A stretch of DNA of 53,803 nt, the filler included, from Basidiobolus ranarum (lineage: Eukaryota): assembly GCA_040143965.1 (NCBI GenBank). It is 4 parts of 4 records of this genome, joined end to end, with 100 filler letters (N's around TTAATTAATTAA, not from the genome) between each part and the next. Parts side by side here need not be neighbours in the genome. Positions count along the whole stretch, not along the records: positions 40,451 to 53,803 come from JASJQH010000489.1; 3 more parts are not named here. One strand, given 5' to 3'. Position 1 is the first letter of the stretch. Each line of letters opens with the position of its first letter. Shown piece after piece: positions 40,451 through 53,383 of the stretch. The notes under the pieces were generated by a model. That model ran no database searches and was not told where the DNA came from. It saw only the letters and a program-made list of their open reading frames with translations. The position numbers were made by a program, and so were the translations under genes.

Positions 40451-40540
40451 GATGTTAATGCTGCTGAAAACATCCATAATATCTCTCATGAGATACTCTC
40501 TGGAAAAGTTCGCCCCTCTCCTTTCTGTCGTTCGCGATAG
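40451..40540 (+). mobile_element. C-terminal fragment of a Fanzor (eukaryotic TnpB-derived RNA-guided RuvC endonuclease), truncated by the gap
   Basis: The frame starting at the first base after the gap reads DVNAAENIHNISHEILSGKVRPSPFCRSR*: the (R)DxNAAxNI RuvC-III motif plus the terminal G.RP..F.R motif of Fanzor1 proteins. Confidence 0.8.
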
Positions 40541-40836
40541 ATGTCTCAGTGATATATTACAAAATTTGCTTGTATTGAAGTGTTACTTGATAAGAATGGG
40601 AAAACTCGCATCGAAAAAGTAGAATAAACTTGTGATTTTGAAGGTTTGTAGCAATGTGTTCATGGTACAGTAAGACATTAGTATACAGGCAAAACCCAAA
40701 GTAAAAAATGTATGTCTGTCATAGAATGTGTGGGTGAGGAATGCAGATATTAGGGCCACGATGAATTGTTTTTGTGATTGTTCTATATATATCGGAAGAT
40801 AAAGAGGGAGGAGCAGAAGGGCAACCGCCAGTAATC

Positions 40837-41430
40837 TTATAAACATGTTTCTACTGGTGGTAAAGTACAATCGGCCAAAGTTCTCCGTTTTCGAGTGCAT
40901 ATAGGATCGTGAGTTCCTTCAGATTTGTGCTTTCGAGAAGTGCTCTCGTCATTTGTAGAGGGTGGTGGTGTCAATGGAGCAAAGGAAGCAACTGGATGGT
41001 TAAGATCAGTGGTTCTTACGATCCATTTGACCTTGGGGATTTCAGGGAAGCTTAACACACAATCAAACATCCACTCATGTAGATTAATATATTCTTCGAC
41101 AACACTTAGATTGCATAGATATGCTAGCCGAACATGATCGGTAACCACTCGAGCAAAGCCAATCTGGCGTGCAGCATACGCAGAGTGAGGATTGCTTTTG
41201 TCAGGTGATGCGCTAGGAACTATAACATAAAGACCAAAGCATAGAGAGTGTTCGAGCACACGTTTGAAATCTTGAAAAGCCAACGCCGCGCTACTAGAAT
41301 TAGACTTGACAACAAGATTGTAAATGAAGGTAAGATCCAATCGACGAGGGTCAGTACTTATAAAGAACGAATCGCGAAACCAAGTGTAATAATTTTGTAC
41401 AGGGAGAGCAGAGCCGAAGTCACAGTTCAT
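40837..41430 (-). CDS. GNAT-fold N-acetyltransferase-like protein (intronless, motif A degenerate)
   Basis: ISTDPRRLDL..I...LEHSLCFGLY...QIGFARVVTD...AYLCNL.V..EY...WM..CVL..P: the pattern of a widespread bacterial/fungal GNAT family. Confidence 0.8.
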   Translation of the reverse strand: MNCDFGSALPVQNYYTWFRDSFFISTDPRRLDLTFIYNLVVKSNSSSAALAFQDFKRVLEHSLCFGLYVIVPSASPDKSNPHSAYAARQIGFARVVTDHVRLAYLCNLSVVEEYINLHEWMFDCVLSFPEIPKVKWIVRTTDLNHPVASFAPLTPPPSTNDESTSRKHKSEGTHDPICTRKRRTLADCTLPPVETCL

Positions 41431-44400
41431 GATCCTTCAAGCAAAGAATTATGGGACACAGTTGTCAGAAATCTGGGGTGCTATTGAGGCCGGAATAATG
41501 ATAGAGACTTTTAAACAATTTGGTGAAGAATGGAGTCTCGCAACGAAGATGACAACGGAAGAACAACTTTAGGTTGAAGAAATACAATAATTTATAACAA
41601 GGATTATAGTTATCAAAAAAAACTCTAAGAATAACATCGGGGAATTGTGTAATTGAACGTTTTATATAAATTTCTGGTCATCCCTCAAATGGTTGACAAG
41701 ACAAATCTCGAATTCTCCAAAAAGGAAAAGGTTTCTTGCGAAACTTCCACGAGACTAGTCAGATCTTTGAGCTCTGCATGAATGATTTCCTTGAATGGAA
41801 GTCAGCGATGTAGTTGTTGATTTTTCCAGTCGATTTAGGATTTTTTTCAAGCGAATGCCACACCGAACAAGGCCAGTAATGAGTATATTATGATATATCT
41901 CCATATGGCTGGCATCACTAAATGACGAGGATAATATGAGAATAGGCTATTAGATTGCTAAGAATTGGATCGAACACGCATGTACACAATAGCCATCCCA
42001 ATACAATCGTAATTTGCCCCAATATATCCGTGATAGCATTTGGAAAAGGTTCAATTTGGATCTTTTAATTTGGCTGGGATAATGATGATGAGCTTTCATG
42101 TCCACTTTGTGGATAATGGTGATGAGCATGCCCGGATGGGATTTGATTGAGGTGAGCGGAAATGGTATGAATTCAGGCGCATACAATAGGATGGAAGGGC
42201 AACATACACGAAGCAAGCAATCAATTTGCAAGCACAATGGTGACCACAACCTTGTTACGCACACTTGACCAGTCGTAGCACAATGGCCGGTGTCATGATT
42301 TCAAATGCTTTGATGAGCCGCGCTTGCTTTCTGATTGTGACGATGGGTTGGGCCCACAATCCAGCTCAGTGCTTTCTATGCTGACAGCACATAGCGTGGG
42401 CAACTTGCTCGTCGAGGGTGGCTTAGTGTCCAGAGCTGATTCCAATCTCTGCTCGCCATCAACACTACCGACGGCAGAGTGATACAGGTGCACAAACAAG
42501 TTTATTGCAAGACTGGTGGTGCTCATTGGACCGAACGAATAAAGCAATATTCGAACAATCTACCACATCACAAATTGCTGTGCGATGTGTTCTGAATATA
42601 TATATAGTTACATGAGTCACGGGTTGAGGGCAAACACAGGATTTCCCATCCACAAGGGTAACATAAGCTGTACTTATTCTGGTCGCCAAAATTGGGCTAG
42701 CCTAATATACAAGGCTGCTCTTGGCTGATGCATGATAGCTCCACAGGACTCAAATCAGAGCCAGGCTAGGATTCGGAGGCAGTAACAGAGGAAACTGAGT
42801 GTACTTGAGATGCAATTCACCCAAATCCTGTCACCATCAAAAACCCATGTGCTTAGCAATAACCAGATAGTTTAAGGTCATGGTAGTTGTGATTTTATTA
42901 AACCAAGCCAAACTGATGAGCAATCACTGTTGTTTTACTCAAACCTCCATGAGAGAGAGTCAACAGAAGGCCAGTCAATCATTTCCGTATTGGCGGGTAA
43001 ATTACGTGGCAGCGAATGAAAGTGTTTACACGCTCAAGCATACGCTTCATATTCCAGACTCGCTTGTGTGAGTAGTGGGCTATTGTCATCGGCCCTGAGA
43101 TCGATCTGACGAAAATAATTGCTCTCATGTGACATCTAATGTACACAACGATATAAATGTCAGTAGCAAATGATGTTTAAGGAAACTCCAAACTTCCATC
43201 GGCCAAATAGGGGGAGACTCTTTCTCAGTGACAACCAGCACTTCAATATCAGCTGATACACTGCGCCGGATAGAATCAACTGAAGTAAATTACAACTCGT
43301 ATTACCAATATCAGGAAGTCACTAGTTTGGTGAAGAAATGACCCCAAGGTCTGCACAGCAGGCTAAGATTGGTTGTGGTGAGGAAAAGTGACATTCAGAC
43401 AATGTGTTATTAGTGGTTGCTACATGTCTTTAGAGATATCCTTGCATACTCTACCCTTTGTTGACTGCACACTATGCACATAGAGTCGAGAAAAGCAAGA
43501 ACTCTCATGATCCTTATCGATGAGAAATAGCCACCAAGAACGGATGGAGTCAACCGCATCATAATATAACCATAATAGCTACTCAAGTTGGCTTGTGGAA
43601 AATTCTTATTTATTATCTGAGACTTCGGTAATTAGTTTCAATCATTCGACAGTAGAGTCTGGGATATAAACGATGCTGGAGTCTTTGACATTAGGATCCT
43701 CTGCGTTGTCAAGCTCCCATTCACTACTGTATCATTGAGACAGGTCAGATTAACCAAATTAACTGCTAAGCTTATCAACAGAGTACAATTGAAAATTTCA
43801 GTCATGCTGCTAAAATCGCTAGATATCTAATAGTCCAACTATACTGTTCACTAGCTTTGAAACACTCTAGAGATCTTAGGTAACATGGAATCTCTTCAAC
43901 CTTGGTTATGGCAGTGAATACATAACGGTTGGCATCAGATGATCTTCCGTAAAGCCCTCTCTACCCCCAGTCTTACGTCCATGGATGTGCCAAAGAAAGT
44001 CTGAATATCTGTTCTTACAAGGCTTGAACTCCAGCCATGTTAAACCAGTGACTAATTGGATTTGTCATAATATCGTACTGCAATCAATGTATGGATCTAC
44101 TGCCAGGTGATTTGGAAGCAGCATCCCATCACACCGATTTTCTTATCAAATGCCGATTCACTCGGAAGCGTATGTTGGTGTGTCAGGATTTGGGGCATGT
44201 ATCTCCCATGCCAATTAAGACTCAGTACATTTAGAAGCTTGCGGTGCTAACAAATGTGAACTTCTTGTGTTCAAGGTAAAGATACCTTGCTATGATTACA
44301 TCCAAATTACTTAATGGAACGCCTGACTCAGAGATGTGTGCAGATCTCAATTATCTCATGAATACGTGCTGTAGAATGAATAGCACACGGAGATAGAGTA

Positions 44401-45617
44401 GCAATTGGATTGAGCTTGGGTCCAGCTAGTCTGACGAGACCCGTTCTTGCAAATTAAACCATTGCCTCAGAATCTGCCTATCCCTGAGGCAACAGAAGCC
44501 GCAATGGAGTTTAACTATTCAGCAGTGCTGAATCATTGGGATTCCTTCACCCTGTAGGAGTGGGTGATCCGAAAAATTAATATCTATTGGCCTCACTATT
44601 GGGTATTCCTGCTCACCATATCATCCAATGTTGATGAAATCATGATGACCGATGGACTGAAAGTGCCATGCATGAGCAAAACAAACCCTTCGTTTGGTCT
44701 ATCTGACCACCAAGTATCATTGAAACGCTTCCCAGCCAGTGCCTTTGCTAAGCGTATCCATGGTGTTCAATTAGCGCAGGCCATGATATACCTGTTGAGT
44801 CTCACATGGATTCCAACCCATTTTAGCAGCCTATATACATGTCCAGCAGATTAGTCAGGCTTCCACATAACAGCACATACAATTGTGGGCTCTTATGTAT
44901 ACAAGCCTCGTAATTAGATTAATTGCCATTCAATTCTATAAAGCCATTTTCTCGACAATCAGGCGAACTCCAGCGTTAATTAATAATGGTCAGTTGGTGA
45001 GAATGCCTCTAATCCCACTTACATTAATCAATTCTACTACATCAATCCCAATTCCTCAATGAAACACTCATTCAGTGGTTTTCGATCGCAACCTAGGATT
45101 TCAGACATTTTAACGAGCAATAACAAATCCTATGGACTTATTTGTGGTCCTTCTGAAATTCAGCATAAGCAACGTGAAAATATGCGGCGTTTTTATGTGT
45201 ACATGACTGCATCTGGTATTCAACAGCACGGGCAGTTAACCTGAGATCCAGCTAGACTATTGAGGCTCCATCGTAGACAATAAATTAGCCAGATCAACAT
45301 AGCTTGACAAATAGATTCATTCAAATGTCGACTGAAAATACAATGCATCATTTGATTGATTTGAATTGTTTATCATTTTCCTTATAGAATGATTCTTTCT
45401 TATATAACAGCGTATTTTTCGTGAAACCTGTAACATACTCGTTTTTTTCCGTTCTTTGACTCTTTTTCACTGCCTCGCGACGTGACGCGTATTAATTTAC
45501 CTTTGACTACTCTGTATCTCTTTGTCTGTAATATTTCATCCAAACTTATAAAGAGTTCTAGTATACCAATCGTTTTATTTCCCCCTAAATTTCCCCTTAC
45601 ATTTCAACTAAACAGAT

Positions 45618-48112
45618 ATGGGTTTCAATGAATGGGAGGGTGAACCAATTGTTCAAGTAAATCTTGAAAATTTTAAATCTGAAGATCTCAGCCCACCTGG
45701 TTCTCCTGATCCTCTGTATGAAAGCTGGGATAACGACAGGCAAAGGGTAAAAAGGGAACAAAAAAACTTCAACGAATATAACCATTTTTCTCAAAAAGAA
45801 TGGTCTTGGGACCGCCTGATAAGGGTACCTTTATTTCAAAAATCACCTCTCAATCTATGACTTTACCTAATTCAATCCATTATCATATTCAAAATGTACC
45901 TAGGAATGCACTAACCTCCAAAAAAAGAATTATGACTTGGAACTTCGTAATCTAGTAATGCAAGAGCAGCTGTTTCGCTCCAGGGCAGATAATGTTAGAG
46001 AACTAATGAAAGAGGTTTTTGTTCTTTTCTAACTTTACATATAGCCCTTCTTAGTAATGCTAATAATCTTGTTATAATCCAGTATTACGCCGATAAAGAA
46101 TTAATAAGCGATTTAAATGAGGAACAAGAGAAGCAGTACAAACTTCTCAAAGAAGCACAAGAAGAAATAACCGCACTTAAAGAAAAAGTCAAAAAGCCCT
46201 GTTCACTACAGCATGGAATGACGGAAGAGGAGCAGAGTCGATATAATCTGGCTCTTCGGGAAGAAAAAGCTCTTCGTAGAGAGTTGGGTATACTTAAGGA
46301 ACGATTCAATAATAGTAATAACGATGCCCAAAGTTCTCAAGAGGAATTACAGCAAGCTCGTACCGCCTTGGATGTGTTACAACGTGAATTTGACGAATAT
46401 AAAGAGACATCTGAAGGTCGGATCAACGACGCACTCTCGCTAAAGATGCAAGTTGAGAAAGATCTAGCTCTTCTAGATGAACAGCATTCAGCACTTATCA
46501 ACAATATGCCAGCTACAAAGGAGGAAGTTATGGCACTTCGTGAAATGCGTGATAATGCCCTGGAAGAACTGGAAAGGTGCCGGCAAAAATTAACTGAGGT
46601 TCAACATCAACTCTCAGCCCAAGAGAAGTGGATAGCAAAGGTTCAGATTGAGCGTGAACAAATAGAAAATTCACGAACTCGCTCTTCATCTGGTCATCTG
46701 TTTACGCCTGAAACTGGTTCCCAAGAGGGCTCTACATTTGGTTCCAAAGATGCCGATGTCGAACACTATGCTCATTGCAAATTCAGAAAGGTTTGCGATT
46801 TCTCTTTCGATATTAGTTTATCTTCACACCCTAATGAAAACTATTTGAATTTGAACAGAATTGTGAGATGTATAAAGACCAAATCGCAGAACTCAATATG
46901 CAAGTGATTCAGTATAAGCTCTCATACATTAAAACTGAAAACCAAATCAGAGAGTCGGATAACGAAATTCACGCAGTAGGCAATTTCAGCAATAACTTTT
47001 GACCTTCTAATGATACTAATAGTTTATTTCCACTATATAGTTACGACAAAAGTTGATTGAAGCTGAAGATTTATCCCACCTATTATCTAGTCACGTACAC
47101 GAATTAGAAGAGCAATTGGACAATAATGAACGTGGAAATACCGAAACAGAGCGCTCTTATAGAAAGGAGATACTAAGACTGGAGGAGGTAAGTTCTCATA
47201 TGGCATGATTACTTCGATAATATACTTAGATTATTGTTATAGGAACTTTCTGTAGCTATGACCAATCTCTATTCCAAAAGCCCCTCTGTGGCTGATATGG
47301 TTACAGAACTGCAATATCTACGTAACCAAGTTGAAGAGAATGTCGCCCGATCAAAAGCATTAAAATCACAAGTTGCTCAAGAGGCTATTAATCGAATGAC
47401 AGCCGAATCCAAAGTTAAGGCAATAGAACGAGATCTGCATGATAAATACATGGACAACATATTTCTGCTGGAACAGGTAACTATCGTTATTAGAATGCAT
47501 TTGTAAGCACTACTAATCAAGCGAATTACAGGATCTGGAAACTAAAGATGTGGAAATCGCGCGGTTACGAAGAAAATTGGCTAACTTCAGTAGCTCACAA
47601 TCCTCACCTCCATCTCCTAAAGATTCACTTCATTACAGAAGAGTAGGAACCGAGAGTACTCAATTTGTTAGCGAGAAACAAACTAATATATTTTTCATCT
47701 CTAGTCGCTTCATGATATGAAGCTTTCTTACGGCTCGCCCCGAGATACTCTTCAATACCGCAAGGTAGCTTATACTGTTGGATTTATTTCACACACCCCG
47801 GTTGACTAACTATTCCTGTATTTTAGTCTATTCATGATATGAAACATTCATTAACTACACCAGGCTATTCTAAAAGTCATACAGAGTACGAAATACCGAA
47901 GTCTTCACTCGGGGTATGAACCACGCCATTTATATTTGTATTGGGTGTTTATTTTGTCTAATTATTTTTTCAAGGATGCAAGCTTTGTACGGGAGCCTTC
48001 CAATTACCTTGAACGTGTCAGCAGGCGTTATGAGGTAAATAATATTGGTTATGTTGCTTAATGAGATGCCAGTGTTAACTGTTTGAACTAGGATCGACGA
48101 GATGTCTCCTGA
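45618..48112 (+). CDS. Coiled-coil protein with N-terminal CM1 (centrosomin/Mto1)-like motif; putative gamma-tubulin complex receptor
   Basis: Spliced N-terminus ECTNLQKKNYDLELRNLVMQEQL...VRELMKEYYADKELISDLNEEQEKQYKLLKEA resembles CM1 (L.KENFnLKLRIyflEE.L...elLKEN...kLL.eA); long heptad-rich exons follow. The 3' end may be 47919 if the last two small exons are unused. Confidence 0.6.
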
Positions 48113-49602
48113 TATGCTGATGCAGTTGATGAAGTCATTCAACTATATAAATGATACACCTTACATTATATATTTGTAAACTAAATGCTAATATGGACAG
48201 GTATAAGGGGCCGTAAACACTGATCATAGCTTGCTATTCTAATGGTCGAAGTCTGTTATGGGCTGGTTGTAAATATTTTTAAAGCTAGAAAGAACAATGA
48301 AGAAACTAGCTTTATTTTTAAATAAGTTTCATCCATCAAACTTTAGAATTTATTCAATACGTGACTGCTCGACAACCTTTTCTGTACTAACGAATATACT
48401 AACTGCAAGTAAAATAATTGACCAATTCTTTGTATGATCACCTGCTGCAATTTGTTTCATATTGAAATTAAGAACTTATATGCAACCCGCGCTCTCGAGC
48501 TTAAATGTCATCGCCAAACTGTAGTATGATGGCGTGGCATCGTTGTGTAAAACATTACTTGGAACAGGCATGCATTCGTGCCTTTAGCATGACTTATTTA
48601 ATCATCTCTATAGTACAACTCTGTAAATCGATGCATTGCAGTAGCAAGAGCTCAGGGGCCACAGATGTAAAGTTCACCATGTATTTGTATGCACTCTGAA
48701 GCGTGTCTCCAAGAACCTTTAATCCTAGATAGTAGGTGGAAGTTTGGATAGTGCGAAGTAACTATTATGTCTATTTTCGACCTTTTATTAGGTTTAGTAT
48801 TTTCACAGTATAAAAATGGCTGGATCTAGTTTGACACTGATATTTCGTAATGAAGCATAATAGCTAATGGTGAAAAGCATCATGATACATGTCAATACTA
48901 GCACTTCTCGAAGTAGCCGGTAGTAGATCACGAAGGTAGATGATTTAGGCCGAAATACCAATTCAGTGTTCCATCAAACCGGTTCTAATTCACTTTGTGT
49001 GAAGAATATCACTAGATTACCATGATAATGATTCTGTACCTTGCAAAGCCTGAAAACATTGGTGTCTTGGCAATCCTCAGAGTAAACATATATATATACA
49101 CATGTTAAGATATGAGCATTTAACTTATAGCCAAAACCCACCTGTAGCCGTGTCACTTCTTATGGTTATACTAAACTCACACGCTCTACTCTTGCTCCAA
49201 TTTCTCTACAGTTTGTGGTAAAATACGATATTTGATATTCAGCATCAAAGTTGGTTGAATCTGATACTGAGTGCACATGATTTTAGTGCATAAAGAATCC
49301 TCTCTAGCATTAGTGTAGGAAAAAGACAATGGGTGTTAATCTATCGTATGTTATTGGCGCTTGGTGTTTTCATGTATTATAGTTTGAGATATTATAAACC
49401 TAGCCCGATTTTGGTTACAGGATATAATAGATTACTTAGTATTCTCTGATGAATTCAGCGATAAATCTGGAAAATTGACAGTCCATTTAAATTGATACTT
49501 TCCAGTACTTATTCACTGAATGGTACAAGAGCTCAAGTTCGTGGCGTAATTCGTTGTAACTTCTTCATTCTGAATTGCAACAACTTCTCAAAGCTTATTC
49601 AG

Positions 49603-52600
49603 ATGAACGTACCGGGTATTATTGAACACAAGAAACTTGTTCCCAAGAAACCGAATGAACCAGCGAATCAAGATAAATCGCTTCTCCATACTGGAGTGTA
49701 TTTGCTTCGAATATTTCTTTAGTTTGGTTCTAATGAACTAACCTTTTTTTTGCAATTAAGATATAAAGTACCTAATGAGGGAACTACCTCCGCACCTCTT
49801 TCAGAATATCATTCACCTGTATGTATATTGGTGTAGCGTTGAAGTTCATTCTTTCCTCGATGAAGTTCCTAAAGCAATCGATTCTTTTATTGTACATAGA
49901 GTCACATAAAGCGGAAAACTTCTATCAGATCGATAATGCAAGAGGAAGATCAAATAATAGTACCAACCCCATTCCGGAAAAGTAACGAGTTCAAAACGAT
50001 CATCGAAGATGAAGTAAAAACAGGTATTTACACTGTATAAGTTCTAACTATCTTTTTTCATGTCAGTAAATTTTACTTCCAAGCTCGGAAACGACTTGCT
50101 CTTAATATGAAACCGCGAAATGAGAAACGACCCGTGAGTGTTGAACACAAACCAAAAAAATTATCAAAAGGATTGGATGGTTTGGGACGCTCGAATTTAT
50201 CTTTAAAACCCAAGAAAAAATTGTACAGAGAGAAAATTGTCTTTCAAAATCAGTATATTTCTCCCGCCAAGCAAACCCCGAAACGCATCAGTGTTTTATC
50301 GGTATACAGAAGCTTATCCATATCAACCTATGCTTTAGAATGCACTAAACCCCGTGAAATGTCAGATTGAAAATAATAAGATTCCGGCCACTCCAAAGAA
50401 TGAACGAATTCCTTCTTGTGTATGGGTTAGTGACGAGGAAGAACTTGGTATAGTTAATCGGCCAGACTGAGTAAATCCTAAATTGTGCGAGTCTAACATG
50501 TATGCTTTTGGAAAAAGAAAACTTGGATAGGTCAGAGAACCCCATCCTGGTCGAAACACCCGAAGATACGCTCGAAACTAGATCTCCTCAAACAAGATCG
50601 AAGGAAACCAATGCTCATGAGTTACCTTCTGTGGCTACAACCATCTCGGATCAACACGAGCTCAATAATGTATTTGAATCTACGGAGTCGAAGGTATGTA
50701 AATTTGGTATCATTAACTAATTTCAGAGATTGAATGCATTCAGTCACCTACTATAGAGGCTTTAGAAGACAAAGATTGTAGCGTAGAGTGTTTAAAGGGC
50801 AATCAAATACCAGGTAGTATGCTCCCTGAGGTATGTTCAAGTGGGATGTTTCCTCCAGGCTATAGATGATTTACTGCAGTAACTTTACTAGAAGGTCAAC
50901 ATGCCACCGAATGCAACGCTACCAGCTAGCGATCAAAGTATGCAATATACACCATGTACTCAAAAGCCTATGATGAGCCTTGAGTGTCTTTCAATAGGGT
51001 GTAAATATTACAGCAGTATTGCAGACCGTCTTCTTCTCAGCTATGATAAAGATTCAGTGGAAATATACCATGGCTGTGATCAATTAGTAGCCATCACTTT
51101 GAATCAAATTACTGCACTAAGAGTGAGGGCGCGTTTAGCTAACATTAAACAATTGTTACAACGTTATTTACTCTATCCTTTTAGTATTACAGCCAGGCTA
51201 GCCCGTACTTGATCACATTAAAAACTAAATATCGTCTGAAAAACGAAAAGTTTGCCAATTACTACGACCCAGGTACATAAGCGCATCCGTAGACGACATT
51301 CTCTGCTGACTATTCTTATTTATTTGAAAATGACCATCTTATAGAAGACCTTGTATCCAAAAAAAACCAGATCTTATGCTTTTGCAAAGATACGCCCGAC
51401 ATGTTAGTTAAAGACCTCGATAAGTTCCCATGGTTCACATGTGAACCATTATCGTACGTAGATATTGTTAACAAATTAAATACTGTACGTGTGATTAAAT
51501 CCCTCCCCCTTCCACAATAGAAGGCTGGAATGGGATAAGCTTTGTGGGGAAACGATATCAGTAAAATATGAAGAAAATGATATCAATATACAGCAGTTCC
51601 TTACTCACACTGACACATTCCAACCCTCTGGCGAAGGAAGCAACAAAATCACCAAACCTGGGAGCTCTATATTGCGGTACCTTATTAGTGCTAATCGTTG
51701 AATGTGTAAAAATAGTAATAACTCTGTTTGATACTTAGGTCACCTAGAAAATCTTTGCGAAGCTACACTCGTAAAGCCGTACCGCGAAACAGGCGATCTT
51801 CAGAGTATGTGCAAGACATTTATTTTCTCTCTATATGCTCTCCTCACCCCAATTCCTTCCAGACTTTTTTTTTACCCTTTTGATCGGATAAATGCCTTGG
51901 CAGTGACCAGTGACGACGTTTACCGACTCTCTGAAGGAGAATTCCTGAATGACACTCTTGTAGAATTTTATATGAGGTATTTATTTGAAACAAGCTATCT
52001 GATAACATTTTATACTTACTCGACGACTATATGTTTGAAAGGTATATACACAATGATCTCTCCAAGAAGAACCTCCAGTTATCTGAGAAGATCCATTTTT
52101 TCAACCCATTTTTTTACCATCGCCTCACACAAAAAGACTCCACCAGGTTAGTTTAGATAGTAAAATTGATTATCAGCATAGCTGTTAATTGAGTTTTTAG
52201 TGATGTTTATGAGAGAGTTAAGAAATGGACATCAAAGATAGACCTCTTTGAAAAGGATTTTATTTTCGTACCGATTAATGAGAAGTAACTTTGAAATTCG
52301 CATTTTAAAATTTTCGCCCGAGTCTTCAACTATTTTGATGATTTTGTTTATAGCCTACACTGGTATCTTGCGTTGATATGCTTTCCTGCACTACTACTAG
52401 CCAATACAAGTTTTGATCAGCTTGTAGTAAATCCCGAAACTAAAGATGGTACACTGGATTCACATTCTTTATGATAGCTCAATGATTTTAAGCCATTTTT
52501 GAGCAGATAAAACTGGGAGTGATATTAATCCCATCGACGTACAATCGATAAAGAATGACACGGCGCTTCACACCGACAATGAAATTATGACAGACAACTC

Positions 52601-53167
52601 GAAGAGGTCATACATTTATGATGAACTTAACTGAATTGAACTAATCACGTTTATTAATTAGTCCATGGATCATTGTATTTGATTCATTGAATTTACGTCA
52701 TGAAAGTGTGTTCGAGGTTTTAAACACTTATTTGCACAACGAGGCTAAAGAAAAGAAGAAGATTGAAATTCGTCAAAGAGTAGAAGGAATCTATGCAAAA
52801 GTTGTCTACATTTTTTACTTGATTACCTATCTTATCAGGCTAACTCACCAGGGATTATCAAACCAGGTCCCTTGCCAAACTAATCATTGTGATTGTGGAG
52901 TATATTTATTACAATATGTAGAGACTTTCTTGAATGATACCAAGAAGTATCTAGATCTGGCGGTGGTTAGTAACAGTATCCTGTCATCATTAGGGCTATT
53001 CTAGTATCTCATTGTTTTATTTGATTTAGAATGGTGTGGACAATACAGTTGCTTGGTTTTCCCACAAGGACATCAAAAGAAAACGTGAAGAGATTCGTGA
53101 CATCATTTGTAAATTATCTAAAGAATACCAGGGGCTGAAAAGGGATCCTCTAATTAACAATTTATGA
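49603..53167 (+). CDS. SUMO-specific protease, Ulp2/SENP6-7 type (peptidase C48), multi-exon
   Basis: [56 protein letters not shown] (catalytic His), VFDSL (Asp), [19 protein letters not shown] (Gln, Cys); long disordered N-terminus. Start inferred. Confidence 0.9.
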
Positions 53168-53383
53168 TATCTTGCTTGTCTAATCTTAATTCCTTCACAT
53201 ATCCTATGGCAAAGAAATATATAAAAATGTATCATCTACTTATATATGAATATCCACATATGTCTGGGCTTAATATGCTGACCAATTGTAACACTTCTAA
53301 ATCTGCAGATATTTAACTGATTTCAGGTAGACATGCTTAATTAATGTTTATTATATGGGGTGTAAGTTTCTGGAGAATTACCA

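Noticed and set aside
40583-40900. 105-aa minus-strand ORF as a gene or as the missing C12orf4 N-terminus
   Set aside because: Overlaps the GNAT 3' end, has AT-rich UTR-like composition, and only faintly resembles C12orf4 (LPIYIE).
44431-44492. CTGACGA hammerhead-like core near a TTGCCTCAG/CTGAGGCAA hairpin (also CTGATGA near 42914 and 49446)
   Set aside because: No stem II closed by GAAA in the required geometry.
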